A stretch of 64,000 bases of DNA from a virus (lineage: Duplodnaviria > Caudoviricetes). Every line of letters begins with the position of its first letter. The first letter of the stretch is position 1. This document shows, piece by piece, positions 25,462 through 34,193 of the stretch. Both the position numbers and the translations under genes were made by a program. The notes beneath the pieces are model-generated. The model had not been told where the DNA came from. It worked only from the letters and a program-made list of their open reading frames with translations, and ran no database searches. Location: IMG/VR virus record IMGVR_UViG_3300020420_000671. One strand, 5' to 3'.

Positions 25462-26037
25462 ATGCCACTAAAGGCAGAAGCATGGTTTCCTAGTCTTATC
25501 TGGTCTGGATTACTAGACAATACTCATAACGACAAAATCAAAAAATTTGCTTATGAAAGAAAAGAGCAAGACGAAGGGGTTGAGTTATCTAACTACATAG
25601 GCTGGCAAAGCAGTTCTATTAGGCAAGGAGATAATGAAACATTTGATAGACTAGTTGAATCCATATCTTCTAATGTTGAAGATTGTAGAAACCTAGTTGA
25701 ACTTCCTGAATTACAACTTTATAATATTTGGATTAACATTAACACACCTGGAGCATATAATGCCTTACACAATCACCCAGGAAGTGTTTTAAGTGGTGTT
25801 TACTATGTAGAGAGTACTGAAGAACAAGGTAACATATTTTTTGAAAGAGGTGATAATGCTGAATATTTTTTACCTCCCGTGAAACAAACTAATTACTTCA
25901 ATGGTACTGCTACGTCATATAAAGCTATAACAGGTGCTATGTATGTGTTTCCTAGCTGGTTAAAGCATAGTGTACAACCTAATAAAACAGATAAAGATAG
26001 AATATCAATATCATTTAACTACGGAGTGAAAAAATGA
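25462..26037 (+). CDS. 2OG-Fe(II) oxygenase (TIGR02466-like)
   Basis: WININ...HNHPG..LSGVYYV...FPSWLKHSV..N....RISISFN. Confidence 0.88.
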   Translation: MPLKAEAWFPSLIWSGLLDNTHNDKIKKFAYERKEQDEGVELSNYIGWQSSSIRQGDNETFDRLVESISSNVEDCRNLVELPELQLYNIWININTPGAYNALHNHPGSVLSGVYYVESTEEQGNIFFERGDNAEYFLPPVKQTNYFNGTATSYKAITGAMYVFPSWLKHSVQPNKTDKDRISISFNYGVKK

Positions 26038-27083
26038 GAATCGAACAGGATATTAAATTAGATTACCAAGACGTGCTTTTTAAGCCAAAGCGATCTACTT
26101 TAACATCAAGAAAAGATGTAGATCTTACAAGAACATTTAAATTTTACAATAGCGGAAAAGAATGGACAGGCATTCCTATCATGTCAAGCAACATGGACGG
26201 AGTAGGAACATTCGCTATGGCTAAAGTTTTACAAGAACAAAAGATGATTACTGTGTTGAGAAAACACTACACACTAGACGATTGGAAAGTAGCCATAGGT
26301 GACGGTGTAAAGATGAAGTATCTTTCTGTGTGTACAGGTACAGGCGTGATATGGGATAAAGATGCTTTAGATTATAACACTATGAAAAAGGTATTAGAAA
26401 AATATCCAGATGTGCCTTTTATCTGTGTTGACGTAGCAAATGGCTATCATGAAAATTACGGTGACTTTATAGAAAAATTAAGATACGAATACCAAGATAA
26501 AACAATTATTGCTGGCAATGTAATCACAGCCGAAATGACTGAGGAACTGATCCTACGAGGTGCTGATATTGTTAAATGCGGAATTGGTCCTGGATCTGTA
26601 TGTACAACTAGATTAATGACTGGTGTTGGTGTTCCACAATTATCTGGTATTATTGAATGTGCTGATGCGGCCAATGGCGTAGGAGGACACATTATTGCTG
26701 ACGGTGGTTGTGTGTATCCAGGAGATGTAGCAAAGGCATTTGGAGCAGGAGCACACTTTGTAATGCTAGGAGGCATGTTAGCAGGACATGATGAAGCAGA
26801 AGGTGAAGTTGTTAATGGCAAGGTACAGTTTTATGGCATGAGTTCAAATGCGGCAATGTCCAAGCACGGATCACGTAAAGACGGTTATAGAGGTGCTGAA
26901 GGTAAAGTTGTAGAGTTGCCACATAAAGGACCAGTAAGAGATACAGTTACAGAAATACTAGGCGGTGTTAGATCAGCGGCAACATATATTGGTGCTAAAC
27001 GTATAAAAGACATGCCAAAATGTACTACCTTTGTACGTGTGAACAATGTAGTAAATCAGGTATACAAATCATTTGAAGCATAA
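26034..27083 (+). CDS. guaC: GMP reductase
   Basis: KLDYQDVLFKPKRSTL, SSNMDGVGT, DVANGY, GIGPGSVCTTR, ADGG, GMSS, GGVRSA. Confidence 0.95.
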   Translation: MRIEQDIKLDYQDVLFKPKRSTLTSRKDVDLTRTFKFYNSGKEWTGIPIMSSNMDGVGTFAMAKVLQEQKMITVLRKHYTLDDWKVAIGDGVKMKYLSVCTGTGVIWDKDALDYNTMKKVLEKYPDVPFICVDVANGYHENYGDFIEKLRYEYQDKTIIAGNVITAEMTEELILRGADIVKCGIGPGSVCTTRLMTGVGVPQLSGIIECADAANGVGGHIIADGGCVYPGDVAKAFGAGAHFVMLGGMLAGHDEAEGEVVNGKVQFYGMSSNAAMSKHGSRKDGYRGAEGKVVELPHKGPVRDTVTEILGGVRSAATYIGAKRIKDMPKCTTFVRVNNVVNQVYKSFEA

Positions 27084-27110
27084 ATTGGTTAAAAACATAG
27101 GAAAAATCAC

Positions 27111-27158
27111 TTGACTTTTAGCCTAATCATGCTTATATTAGTATTAGTATGATAAATA
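27111..27158 (+). promoter_or_regulatory. Sigma70-type promoter plus late box upstream of hsp20
   Basis: TTGACT-17-TATATT (27111-27139) and TAAATA (27153-27158). Confidence 0.6.
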
Positions 27159-27162
27159 CTAT

Positions 27163-27246
27163 TGTTGAAGATATGCCAGGGTTGGGTATTTTCAATAGGG
27201 CATGTAGCCCAAATAACGTTAACTTGCTTAATATAAGGAGAAAACA
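27163..27246 (+). promoter_or_regulatory. ROSE-like RNA thermometer in the hsp20 leader
   Basis: Three hairpins; the last, CTTGCTT-AATAT-AAGGAG (27223-27240), pairs the SD with U(U/C)GCU and a bulged G. Confidence 0.7.
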
Positions 27247-27687
27247 ATGACAAGAGTAACTACACTAAACCTACCCACTTTTCACAGATCAATGATTGGC
27301 TTCGACAGCTTGTTCGATGAGATGGACAGAATGTTCGAAAACAGTTCTAATGGATCAGGTGGATACCCTCCATACAATATTGCTAAAATCAACGAAGATG
27401 AGTTTATGATCTCAATCGCAGTTGCTGGCTTTGGTATGGATAACCTAAAGATTGAAAAGGACAAGAATGTGCTTACAATCGAAGGAACACAGCCTAAAGG
27501 CGTTGATGAAGTAAACTATGTTCACAGAGGTATTGCTGGACGTAACTTTACTAGACAATTTACATTAGCAGAACACGTTGATGTAAAATCAGCTAAACTA
27601 GAAAAGGGCATGTTAAATGTTCACCTAGTTAGAGAAGTTCCAGAAGAACTTAAACCAAAAACAATTGATATTGTTGAGGCTGAGTAA
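27247..27687 (+). CDS. Small heat-shock protein Hsp20 (IbpA-like)
   Basis: IGFDSLFDEM, YPPYNI, IAVAGF, HRGIAGRNFTRQFTL, LEKGMLNV. Confidence 0.95.
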   Translation: MTRVTTLNLPTFHRSMIGFDSLFDEMDRMFENSSNGSGGYPPYNIAKINEDEFMISIAVAGFGMDNLKIEKDKNVLTIEGTQPKGVDEVNYVHRGIAGRNFTRQFTLAEHVDVKSAKLEKGMLNVHLVREVPEELKPKTIDIVEAE

Positions 27688-27699
27688 CAGAGGTAAGTT

Positions 27700-27719
27700 T
27701 AGGGGGTGAAAACCCCCTA
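27700..27719. other. GC-rich intergenic hairpin
   Basis: TAGGGGG-TGAAAA-CCCCCTA; no U tract on either strand. Confidence 0.7.
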
Positions 27720-27736
27720 GACAGACAGGATTTATT

Positions 27737-28051
27737 ATGACTGAGATTATTTTAGAAAAAGAAATAAACGTAAAAGAGCAGATTGAAGAAGTTACTAAAG
27801 AACCTTCAAAGTATAAGGTCATATTTATGAATGATAACGAAACTCCTATGGACTTCGTTGTTGCTCTTTTAATAGAAATATTCAAACATTCAGAAAAAAC
27901 CGCCCAAGAGTTGACCATGAAAATACATGCTGATGGTCAGGCAATAGTAGGTATATACTCGTTCGAAATAGCAGAACAAAAGGCAGTAGAGGCCACTAAA
28001 TTATCACGTGAAAATGGCTATCCACTACAGATAGCAATAGACAAAGAATAG
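27737..28051 (+). CDS. clpS: ATP-dependent Clp protease adaptor ClpS
   Basis: PSKYKVIFMNDNETPMDFVV..LIEIF...IHADG.AIVG...EIAEQK. Confidence 0.92.
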   Translation: MTEIILEKEINVKEQIEEVTKEPSKYKVIFMNDNETPMDFVVALLIEIFKHSEKTAQELTMKIHADGQAIVGIYSFEIAEQKAVEATKLSRENGYPLQIAIDKE

Positions 28052-28094
28052 CATAAATACTTTGTTGAATGATAATTTTTACAAGGAGTAAAGC

Positions 28095-28676
28095 ATGAGT
28101 TTAGAATCTTTAACACAAGCGGCAAAACAAAATGCTGACAGAACGGAATTTGCTCGAGTAATGACAGCAGGTAATCTATCAGAGGACAAGTATAAAACTT
28201 TCCTTTGGAATGCTTATTTGGTGTACGATATCCTAGAAGATGTTGCGGCAAGTATGGGTGCATTTGCGCCTATGGATCCTTCAATGCCAGCTGATGATTT
28301 ACCACTTGATGGACTTAAACAAGCAGATGATATATTAGCAGACTTTGTTGAACTAGGTGGCGATCCAGATAATCCTCCAGCAGTAGTACAAGCTACTGAG
28401 GATTACAGAAGTCACGTCGTGAAAAATATACAACACGACAAGCAGAAGCTTATAGCTCACTTATATGTTAATCATATGACGGACTTAACTAACGGACCAA
28501 CATTAGAGAAAAAAGTACCAGGTTCAGGAAAAATGTACAAGTTTGAAGAAATGTCTCACTCTATCGAGGAGATGAAAGAACTTGTTTCAAGACGTTTTTC
28601 TGATGATGATGCTATTGAAGCTAACATTGGTTTTGGTTACAGAACACAACAGTACGAACAGTTAAACGCACTATAA
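28095..28676 (+). CDS. Heme oxygenase-like protein with degenerate heme-binding motifs
   Basis: Overall HO pattern (LT...NADRTEF...Y..FL.N.Y.VY..LE...AHLYV.HM.DL..G...KKVPGSG.MY.F), but Lys replaces the proximal His and GDLSGG is TDLTNG. Confidence 0.75.
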   Translation: MSLESLTQAAKQNADRTEFARVMTAGNLSEDKYKTFLWNAYLVYDILEDVAASMGAFAPMDPSMPADDLPLDGLKQADDILADFVELGGDPDNPPAVVQATEDYRSHVVKNIQHDKQKLIAHLYVNHMTDLTNGPTLEKKVPGSGKMYKFEEMSHSIEEMKELVSRRFSDDDAIEANIGFGYRTQQYEQLNAL

Positions 28677-28677
28677 G

Positions 28678-29361
28678 ATGATTTGGGACAAACTGGTTGA
28701 ATGCCAGGACCAAATCATTAAACTGTTCGATCATCATGGGACTGAGATAAATGAACCAGGAATGGATCATTTTAATCAACCCGGAAGCGGATGGATTAAC
28801 AGAGTCTGGGCAAACGACGACATCAGAAGAGCTCACATAGACGTGGTAGATGCTAGAGATACAAAAGGTCTCTGGATGATGCACGTTTGTGTTTTACCTC
28901 AACTTAACAACGATGGACCTATATACGGCTTTGATGTTATAGCAGGTAAAACAAAAATGACAGGAGCATTCCACGATTTTTCAGCAAGTTCAGGTGGCGA
29001 AGACCATCCAATGGTTCAATGGTATCAGGATGAGGTAAAAGATTTTATTCCGGAGAAAAAAAGAGAACTTCCGGAATGGGCAACAAATATTTTTACTCCT
29101 AGCATGATTGCGGCAAGTAATGTCAAGGAAGAAGAAGCATCAGTTATCATTCAAATAGCTCTTGATAATCTTTTCGAGTATCTTGATACCATTGGTGAAT
29201 ACACAGGACAAGGCGATAGAGATCTAACTCTAGCAAGCCAAAATTATTATTGTCATAATCAGCAACAGAACCCACATACGCCTAGAGTTATGAAATCCTT
29301 AGGATTAAATGAAGCTGACGTAGAAAAGTTCTGTACTGATATGTTATTTCCGAAAAGTTAA
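28678..29361 (+). CDS. pcyX: Ferredoxin-dependent bilin reductase, PcyX-type
   Basis: INRVW...RRAHIDVVD...WMMHVC...YGFDVIAG...GAFHDFS...QQQNPHT; adjacent to an HO-like gene. Confidence 0.82.
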   Translation: MIWDKLVECQDQIIKLFDHHGTEINEPGMDHFNQPGSGWINRVWANDDIRRAHIDVVDARDTKGLWMMHVCVLPQLNNDGPIYGFDVIAGKTKMTGAFHDFSASSGGEDHPMVQWYQDEVKDFIPEKKRELPEWATNIFTPSMIAASNVKEEEASVIIQIALDNLFEYLDTIGEYTGQGDRDLTLASQNYYCHNQQQNPHTPRVMKSLGLNEADVEKFCTDMLFPKS

Positions 29362-29870
29362 TTAGCCTTTACAGGATTATTCAATGGATTGTCTAATGCT
29401 CTCTGTATCTTAAGATCTAACTGTTCTTCAAGTTCATCGATCTTCTTATCCAGTCTATCTAGTTTGCTATCCATTCTTAATTCAAATGTATTGATAACAC
29501 CTCTAACTGTGTCAACATTAGCCCTGTTTCTTTCGTCCTGTTTGTCCATGCTGTCATGTAAATCTCCTACATCATCTTTGAGTTCTATCTTTATATCATG
29601 AACATCACTTTTTGTATCACCTAAAGTCTCTTTGAACATACCTATTTCGTCTTTCATTAAGATATAGTCCTCTTTAAGTATTGCTAGGTTTTTATCAAAT
29701 TCGCTAAGGTCGGGAGCCACATAAGCATCTATCTTTTTCTCCATCATAAGATATCTGTTATAAAGTTCAAAGCCTCCCCAAAGTCCACCGATAATGGTAC
29801 CCACTAAAGGAATGACAAGTAACAATTTACTGCCGCCTACTTTGATACCTTTATATTCTATTTCTGCCAT
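29358..29870 (-). CDS. Membrane-anchored coiled-coil protein
   Basis: N-terminal TM (LLLVIPLVGTIIGGLWGG) then heptad repeats; SD AGGAG and minus-strand late box. Confidence 0.65.
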   Translation of the reverse strand: MAEIEYKGIKVGGSKLLLVIPLVGTIIGGLWGGFELYNRYLMMEKKIDAYVAPDLSEFDKNLAILKEDYILMKDEIGMFKETLGDTKSDVHDIKIELKDDVGDLHDSMDKQDERNRANVDTVRGVINTFELRMDSKLDRLDKKIDELEEQLDLKIQRALDNPLNNPVKAN

Positions 29871-29893
29871 GTGTTTCTCCTATTAAATAGTAT

Positions 29894-32077
29894 TTATTGT
29901 AAACCAAGTCCATATCCTGGTTTATACTGTTCATTTATCATATCGTTCATCAGGTTGTCCTGTGCTGAACCAAATAAAGCACCGTATGGATCGCCCAACA
30001 TCTGTTGATCTCTGTACACTTGTTCATCAGAATACCACATCAAAGCGTCTTCATTCTGTTTTTGTATGTATTTTTTGTAGTTTTCTGTATCGGCTAAAGA
30101 CTGTATTAGGGCTATTTTAGTTGTTTCATTAATAGCACTATAAGTATCAGCCATAGCACTTAAAATTCTGTTGGCTATTTTTTGTTTAGCCTTTGCTATT
30201 TCGGTCTTAATTCTTTCCTTAGTCTGCTTCGATTTTGTGCCGGACTTAGATTTTTTATTTCCTCCTTTTTCTTTAGCATCTGTTTTTTCTCCTCCAGACT
30301 CTTCTCTCCCGACATCATCTCCATCTTCCGCATTGGTCTCATCTGTTCTGCTATCTCCGGCTTCGGATTCGGCTTCTGATTCACTGGTATTTTCTCCAGA
30401 ATCAGAGTCTCCATCGGACTCTGTCCTAGATTCTGTTTCAGTGTTATTTTCTTCCACTGACTGTTCAGCATTACTATCGGACTCTTGTACACTTTCTTGG
30501 TTAGACTCAGAAGTGGACGAATCTGTACTGCTTTCGGTTTCGGAAACTTCCGCTTCCACACTGGCATTTTCTGTTGCTCCCTCTTCTACAGTATTTACTT
30601 CAATATCAACTGTGGCTTCTGTTGTTGGCTCTACGTTAACTTCCATTTCAACGTTTGTAGAACCTGCGTCAGCAACCTCTATGTTAGTGTCTGGCATATC
30701 TATTTCTATTTCTATTTCACCAACAGCATCTGCTACCGCTGTATCAATTTGTGAACCAATGTCTGCTTCTATTTCTGCTACAGTAATTTCTGGAAGTTCT
30801 GTTGGACCTACATCTAAGTCAAAGTTTAGATCTATTTCAGCAATAGTTTCTACTTGTACAACTCCTGTGTCTAAGTTTGTTGAAGCCATTTCAACTGTAG
30901 TAACATTTGATGTTTCGTCTACTTCTACTGTAAACTCCATTTCAATACCGCCGCCTGTTTCTTCGTTTACTATTTCTATCTCGAATGAATCAACTTCTGT
31001 GTAATCTATAGGCTCAACTACTATTGTGTCTTGTATAGGATCACCTATGAACACACTTGTTAATGTATCTTCGCTGGTATTATAAACTGTTGTTTGGTTG
31101 CTTAATATAATTTGTGTTATTGTTTCTGTAATAGTTGTTATAGCATCATAAGTAAGTGTCATAAAAGGATTACTAAACACAGGACCATAATAACCTGAGT
31201 GGTATCCTGCATCAACTCCCCACAGTTCCATCTGTCCCCATACTTCTGTTATAGAATTGGTGCTTAATGTTTGTGCCAAGATATCCTGCGTGAATGAATG
31301 TGTTTGTGTGCCGTTGTAAGTAAGTGTTACGGTATTTGAATATTCAGCAAAGTTGGTTATATTATTACTTGGACCGCCATAAAGTCTTGTAGTGATTCTA
31401 AATACATCTTTACAGTCACCATTGGTGTTGGCACATAAAGGCACAGAAGTATTTGATTTGTGTGATTGTACATCAACACCATAGTTTAGTGTCATGCCTG
31501 ATTGTATCTCCGCTATGGTCAAGTCGTGTGTCATTTCAAATCGTTCTGAAGTTATTTGTCCGCCACCCAATGCCGTGAAGTTATAATTATTACCATCTTG
31601 GATAAGACTGTTATTGTTATTGTGTTGGTAACCTGTACAGGCTTGACCTGCACCAACAGTTGCATTTGATCCGCCTGTTCTACATTGTGTTTGACCTTCT
31701 AACTTTATTCTACCTTCAGTTGACCAATCACTTGAATTAATAGTTGGCACAAAGTTTGAAGTTGTTGTGGCTGTTATCTGTGATGTTTGTTGTGTAGTAG
31801 TTGTAGATGTGGCAATCTCTTCAACCACTGTTTCAGTCCAGTTAGTTGTAACTGTCGTATCTTCGAAGCCACCATTGAGTGTTACCTCTGTATTTGTAAC
31901 AACAGATGTGACTGTGCTGGAGGTTACAGTACCTCCGTTAGGTCCAGTATCGCCAACGTTATATTGTTGTGTGTATGCTTCTAATGGATTAGAGTAAGAA
32001 CAACAGAAGAGCACCAATACCAATGCTCCAAGTAGTTGCTTTATTCTGCCACTCTTTTTCGTATGCTTCAAGATCAT
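29894..32077 (-). CDS. Large secreted/surface protein with beta-rich domain and long acidic tract
   Basis: Signal-like LLGALVLVLFCC, Thr-rich region, Cys pairs, E/D/S-rich linker, basic C-terminus; start uncertain. Confidence 0.65.
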   Translation of the reverse strand: MILKHTKKSGRIKQLLGALVLVLFCCSYSNPLEAYTQQYNVGDTGPNGGTVTSSTVTSVVTNTEVTLNGGFEDTTVTTNWTETVVEEIATSTTTTQQTSQITATTTSNFVPTINSSDWSTEGRIKLEGQTQCRTGGSNATVGAGQACTGYQHNNNNSLIQDGNNYNFTALGGGQITSERFEMTHDLTIAEIQSGMTLNYGVDVQSHKSNTSVPLCANTNGDCKDVFRITTRLYGGPSNNITNFAEYSNTVTLTYNGTQTHSFTQDILAQTLSTNSITEVWGQMELWGVDAGYHSGYYGPVFSNPFMTLTYDAITTITETITQIILSNQTTVYNTSEDTLTSVFIGDPIQDTIVVEPIDYTEVDSFEIEIVNEETGGGIEMEFTVEVDETSNVTTVEMASTNLDTGVVQVETIAEIDLNFDLDVGPTELPEITVAEIEADIGSQIDTAVADAVGEIEIEIDMPDTNIEVADAGSTNVEMEVNVEPTTEATVDIEVNTVEEGATENASVEAEVSETESSTDSSTSESNQESVQESDSNAEQSVEENNTETESRTESDGDSDSGENTSESEAESEAGDSRTDETNAEDGDDVGREESGGEKTDAKEKGGNKKSKSGTKSKQTKERIKTEIAKAKQKIANRILSAMADTYSAINETTKIALIQSLADTENYKKYIQKQNEDALMWYSDEQVYRDQQMLGDPYGALFGSAQDNLMNDMINEQYKPGYGLGLQ

Positions 32078-32531
32078 TTTCTTTTAACCATTTCTCATAG
32101 TCTGGACGCTTCTCTGGATTTTCTGCCCAGGCTTTAGCCGCTTCAATACCAATCTTGCCTTTGTAAGGACAAGGAGTACCTGCCATCTCCATGGCTTCAA
32201 ACACTCTTGCATCTTGACATAACAAACTGACCGCCGCAACCTTCATACCCATACCATATAATGATCTAGATAGTTTTAGTCTTTCACAGTTTAGATCTCT
32301 GATTGTTGTACCACCGGCAATACCCAACACCTGTGTTTGTACTGCGGCACTGGTTCCTGTAGAACATACATCTTGATTGTTAATCATCACATTAGGAGCA
32401 GAAGCAGTAGGTGGTGTTTTGTCCACTGTTGTTGTTCCTGTGACAGTTGATGTCACTGTATTCGTTTCTGCTTGTAAGGCCATAGGCCAGAAGAATGCGA
32501 TTAATGATATAATAATTAAGATTTTTTTCAC
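31989..32531 (-). CDS. Exported Cys-rich protein
   Basis: Signal peptide; VDKTPPTASAP...DVC...RDLNCERLK...LLCQD.RV..AM..AGTPCP. Confidence 0.7.
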   Translation of the reverse strand: MKKILIIISLIAFFWPMALQAETNTVTSTVTGTTTVDKTPPTASAPNVMINNQDVCSTGTSAAVQTQVLGIAGGTTIRDLNCERLKLSRSLYGMGMKVAAVSLLCQDARVFEAMEMAGTPCPYKGKIGIEAAKAWAENPEKRPDYEKWLKENDLEAYEKEWQNKATTWSIGIGALLLFLL

Positions 32532-32592
32532 TGTGTTTTGCCCTCTAAACTTTCTTTTTAAGTCAAATTTGCTTCAGTGTTATTTATCACCT

Positions 32593-32612
32593 GGTGTAAA
32601 AATTTTTACACC
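32593..32612. repeat. Perfect 20-bp palindrome
   Basis: GGTGTAAAAA|TTTTTACACC between divergent genes. Confidence 0.9.
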
Positions 32613-32649
32613 TAGTATTATAAGAGTGTATTATAGAATAAATAAACGT

Positions 32650-32916
32650 ATGGACGACAGCAACGCACAGATGAAAAGAGAGCAAGAAGAGTTCAATCAA
32701 GCATTCGACGAATTATGGGGTCCTATAACACACCATATTAACCCGGTCACTTTACCAGAAGAAATAGCAGATTTAGAAAGAAAAAGAATCATTTTAGCTT
32801 TAGATGTTAATGACGGAAATAGAACACGGGCGGCTGATCAATTAGGTCTAGGAAGAACTAATTTGATAGCAAAATTGAAAAAGTATGAATTGGATGAATA
32901 CTTAGAAGCTTGTTAG
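32650..32916 (+). CDS. Fis/NtrC-type HTH_8 regulator
   Basis: LERKRIILAL...GNRTRAADQLGLGRTNLIAKLKKY; ATG 5 nt after TAAATA (track start 32377 is an artefact). Confidence 0.85.
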   Translation: MDDSNAQMKREQEEFNQAFDELWGPITHHINPVTLPEEIADLERKRIILALDVNDGNRTRAADQLGLGRTNLIAKLKKYELDEYLEAC

Positions 32917-33027
32917 AGCCCTCACGCTCTGCAATTTTATTTAGCTTAGATTTCACTTTTAAGCTGACCAGCCTTTTGTCCTGGTATATACAACAAAGCA
33001 GATATTGCTAATTCAAAAAAAGGATAT

Positions 33028-33561
33028 ATGATGATTGAAGGATTTGTGATACCAAAAGTCACATTTAGAACTAGAGTGTTTGACAACACCAAAATGGAAA
33101 ACAGCTGGCAAGACGTCACTACTGATGATTACCTCAAAGGGAAGAGAGTAGTTCTGTTTAGTTTACCAGGTGCGTTTACTCCTACATGTTCAACTTATCA
33201 ATTGCCCGGCTTTGAAGAAAATTATGATGCTATTCGTAACCAAGATATAGACGAAGTGTATTGTATTTCAGTAAACGACGCATTTGTAATGAATGCTTGG
33301 GGCAAAGATCAAAAAATTCAAAACGTGAAGATGATACCAGACGGATCGGGAAACTTTACTAGATACATGGGAATGTTGATAGGTAAAAATCACCTAGGCT
33401 TTGGTATGCGTAGTTGGAGATACATGGCAATTATTAATGATGGCATCGTAGAAAAATGGTGGCAAGAGCCCGGTATCAATAATGATGGATCCGACGATGA
33501 TCCGTATATCGAAACCACTCCAGAAAACTGTATAAGTTATCTGAGAACTAAATTATCTTAG
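33028..33561 (+). CDS. Peroxiredoxin (Prx5/redoxin family)
   Basis: VVLFSLPGAFTPTCS, CISVNDAFVM, DGSGNFT, RSWRY. Confidence 0.93.
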   Translation: MMIEGFVIPKVTFRTRVFDNTKMENSWQDVTTDDYLKGKRVVLFSLPGAFTPTCSTYQLPGFEENYDAIRNQDIDEVYCISVNDAFVMNAWGKDQKIQNVKMIPDGSGNFTRYMGMLIGKNHLGFGMRSWRYMAIINDGIVEKWWQEPGINNDGSDDDPYIETTPENCISYLRTKLS

Positions 33562-33570
33562 GGAGAAAAT

Positions 33571-33771
33571 ATGTATAAATTAATTATGATCATTTCAGCT
33601 GGACTGATGCTCACAGCCTGTGGTACAAGTTATATAACCAATGATGGCAAAAGACTATTAGAAAATAGTGCTTTAGGTTGTGTAGCAGGTGAAGTATTGT
33701 TTGGCGAATGTGCCAAAGGTGCGGCAGTCGGTGCTGGTGCTACTGTAATTTCTGATCAAAAGAAGGATTAG
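33571..33771 (+). CDS. Small lipoprotein with glycine-zipper-like segment
   Basis: Lipobox MLTAC; AKGAAVGAGA. Confidence 0.65.
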   Translation: MYKLIMIISAGLMLTACGTSYITNDGKRLLENSALGCVAGEVLFGECAKGAAVGAGATVISDQKKD

Positions 33772-34171
33772 ATTTTATCGACATCTCAATGAAGTCGCCT
33801 AAGAAGTCAAAATGATATGCCAACTTGCCAAACAGCTCTTGGTGTAACACTTCTGAAACAATTTCATAACTAGATTTTCCTATCTGAGAATAATAACTTT
33901 TCTGTATTCCGTAACGTTTTCCGTAATTAGGAAATACACCCCTAACAAATAAGCAAGTATCGCCGAGAGTTTTAGCATCATACTTTTTTTGTTCTTGTAA
34001 AGTTAGATAACATTGAGCAAATGTTTTCTGAGGTAGGAAATTAGGTTTATCAATGAAAGAAGCCAACAACATTACGATGTAAGACTCGATCTCTAAAGGG
34101 AGTTCGTAACCAGACTTACATTGTGTTTCTTTTACGACATCGTAAAAGGCTGAAGAGTAAGCATCTTCCAT
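33740..34171 (-). CDS. Hypothetical phage protein
   Basis: ATG 34171 lies 5 nt after a minus-strand TAAATA (34182-34177). Confidence 0.6.
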   Translation of the reverse strand: MEDAYSSAFYDVVKETQCKSGYELPLEIESYIVMLLASFIDKPNFLPQKTFAQCYLTLQEQKKYDAKTLGDTCLFVRGVFPNYGKRYGIQKSYYSQIGKSSYEIVSEVLHQELFGKLAYHFDFLGDFIEMSIKSNPSFDQKLQ

Positions 34172-34193
34172 AAAAATATTTAGCAAAAAACAC

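Noticed and set aside
27700-27719. Hairpin after hsp20 as a Rho-independent terminator
   Set aside because: No U tract on either strand; kept only as a structural hairpin
30171-31004. 277-aa plus-strand ORF and other antisense ORFs (5299..5784, 24207..24482, 57208..57651, etc.)
   Set aside because: Shadow frames of acidic or low-complexity genes on the opposite strand; Ser-rich, no SD, no motifs
32377-32649. Long N-terminal extension of the Fis-like ORF
   Set aside because: Overlaps a minus-strand gene and the divergent promoter region; real start is ATG 32650
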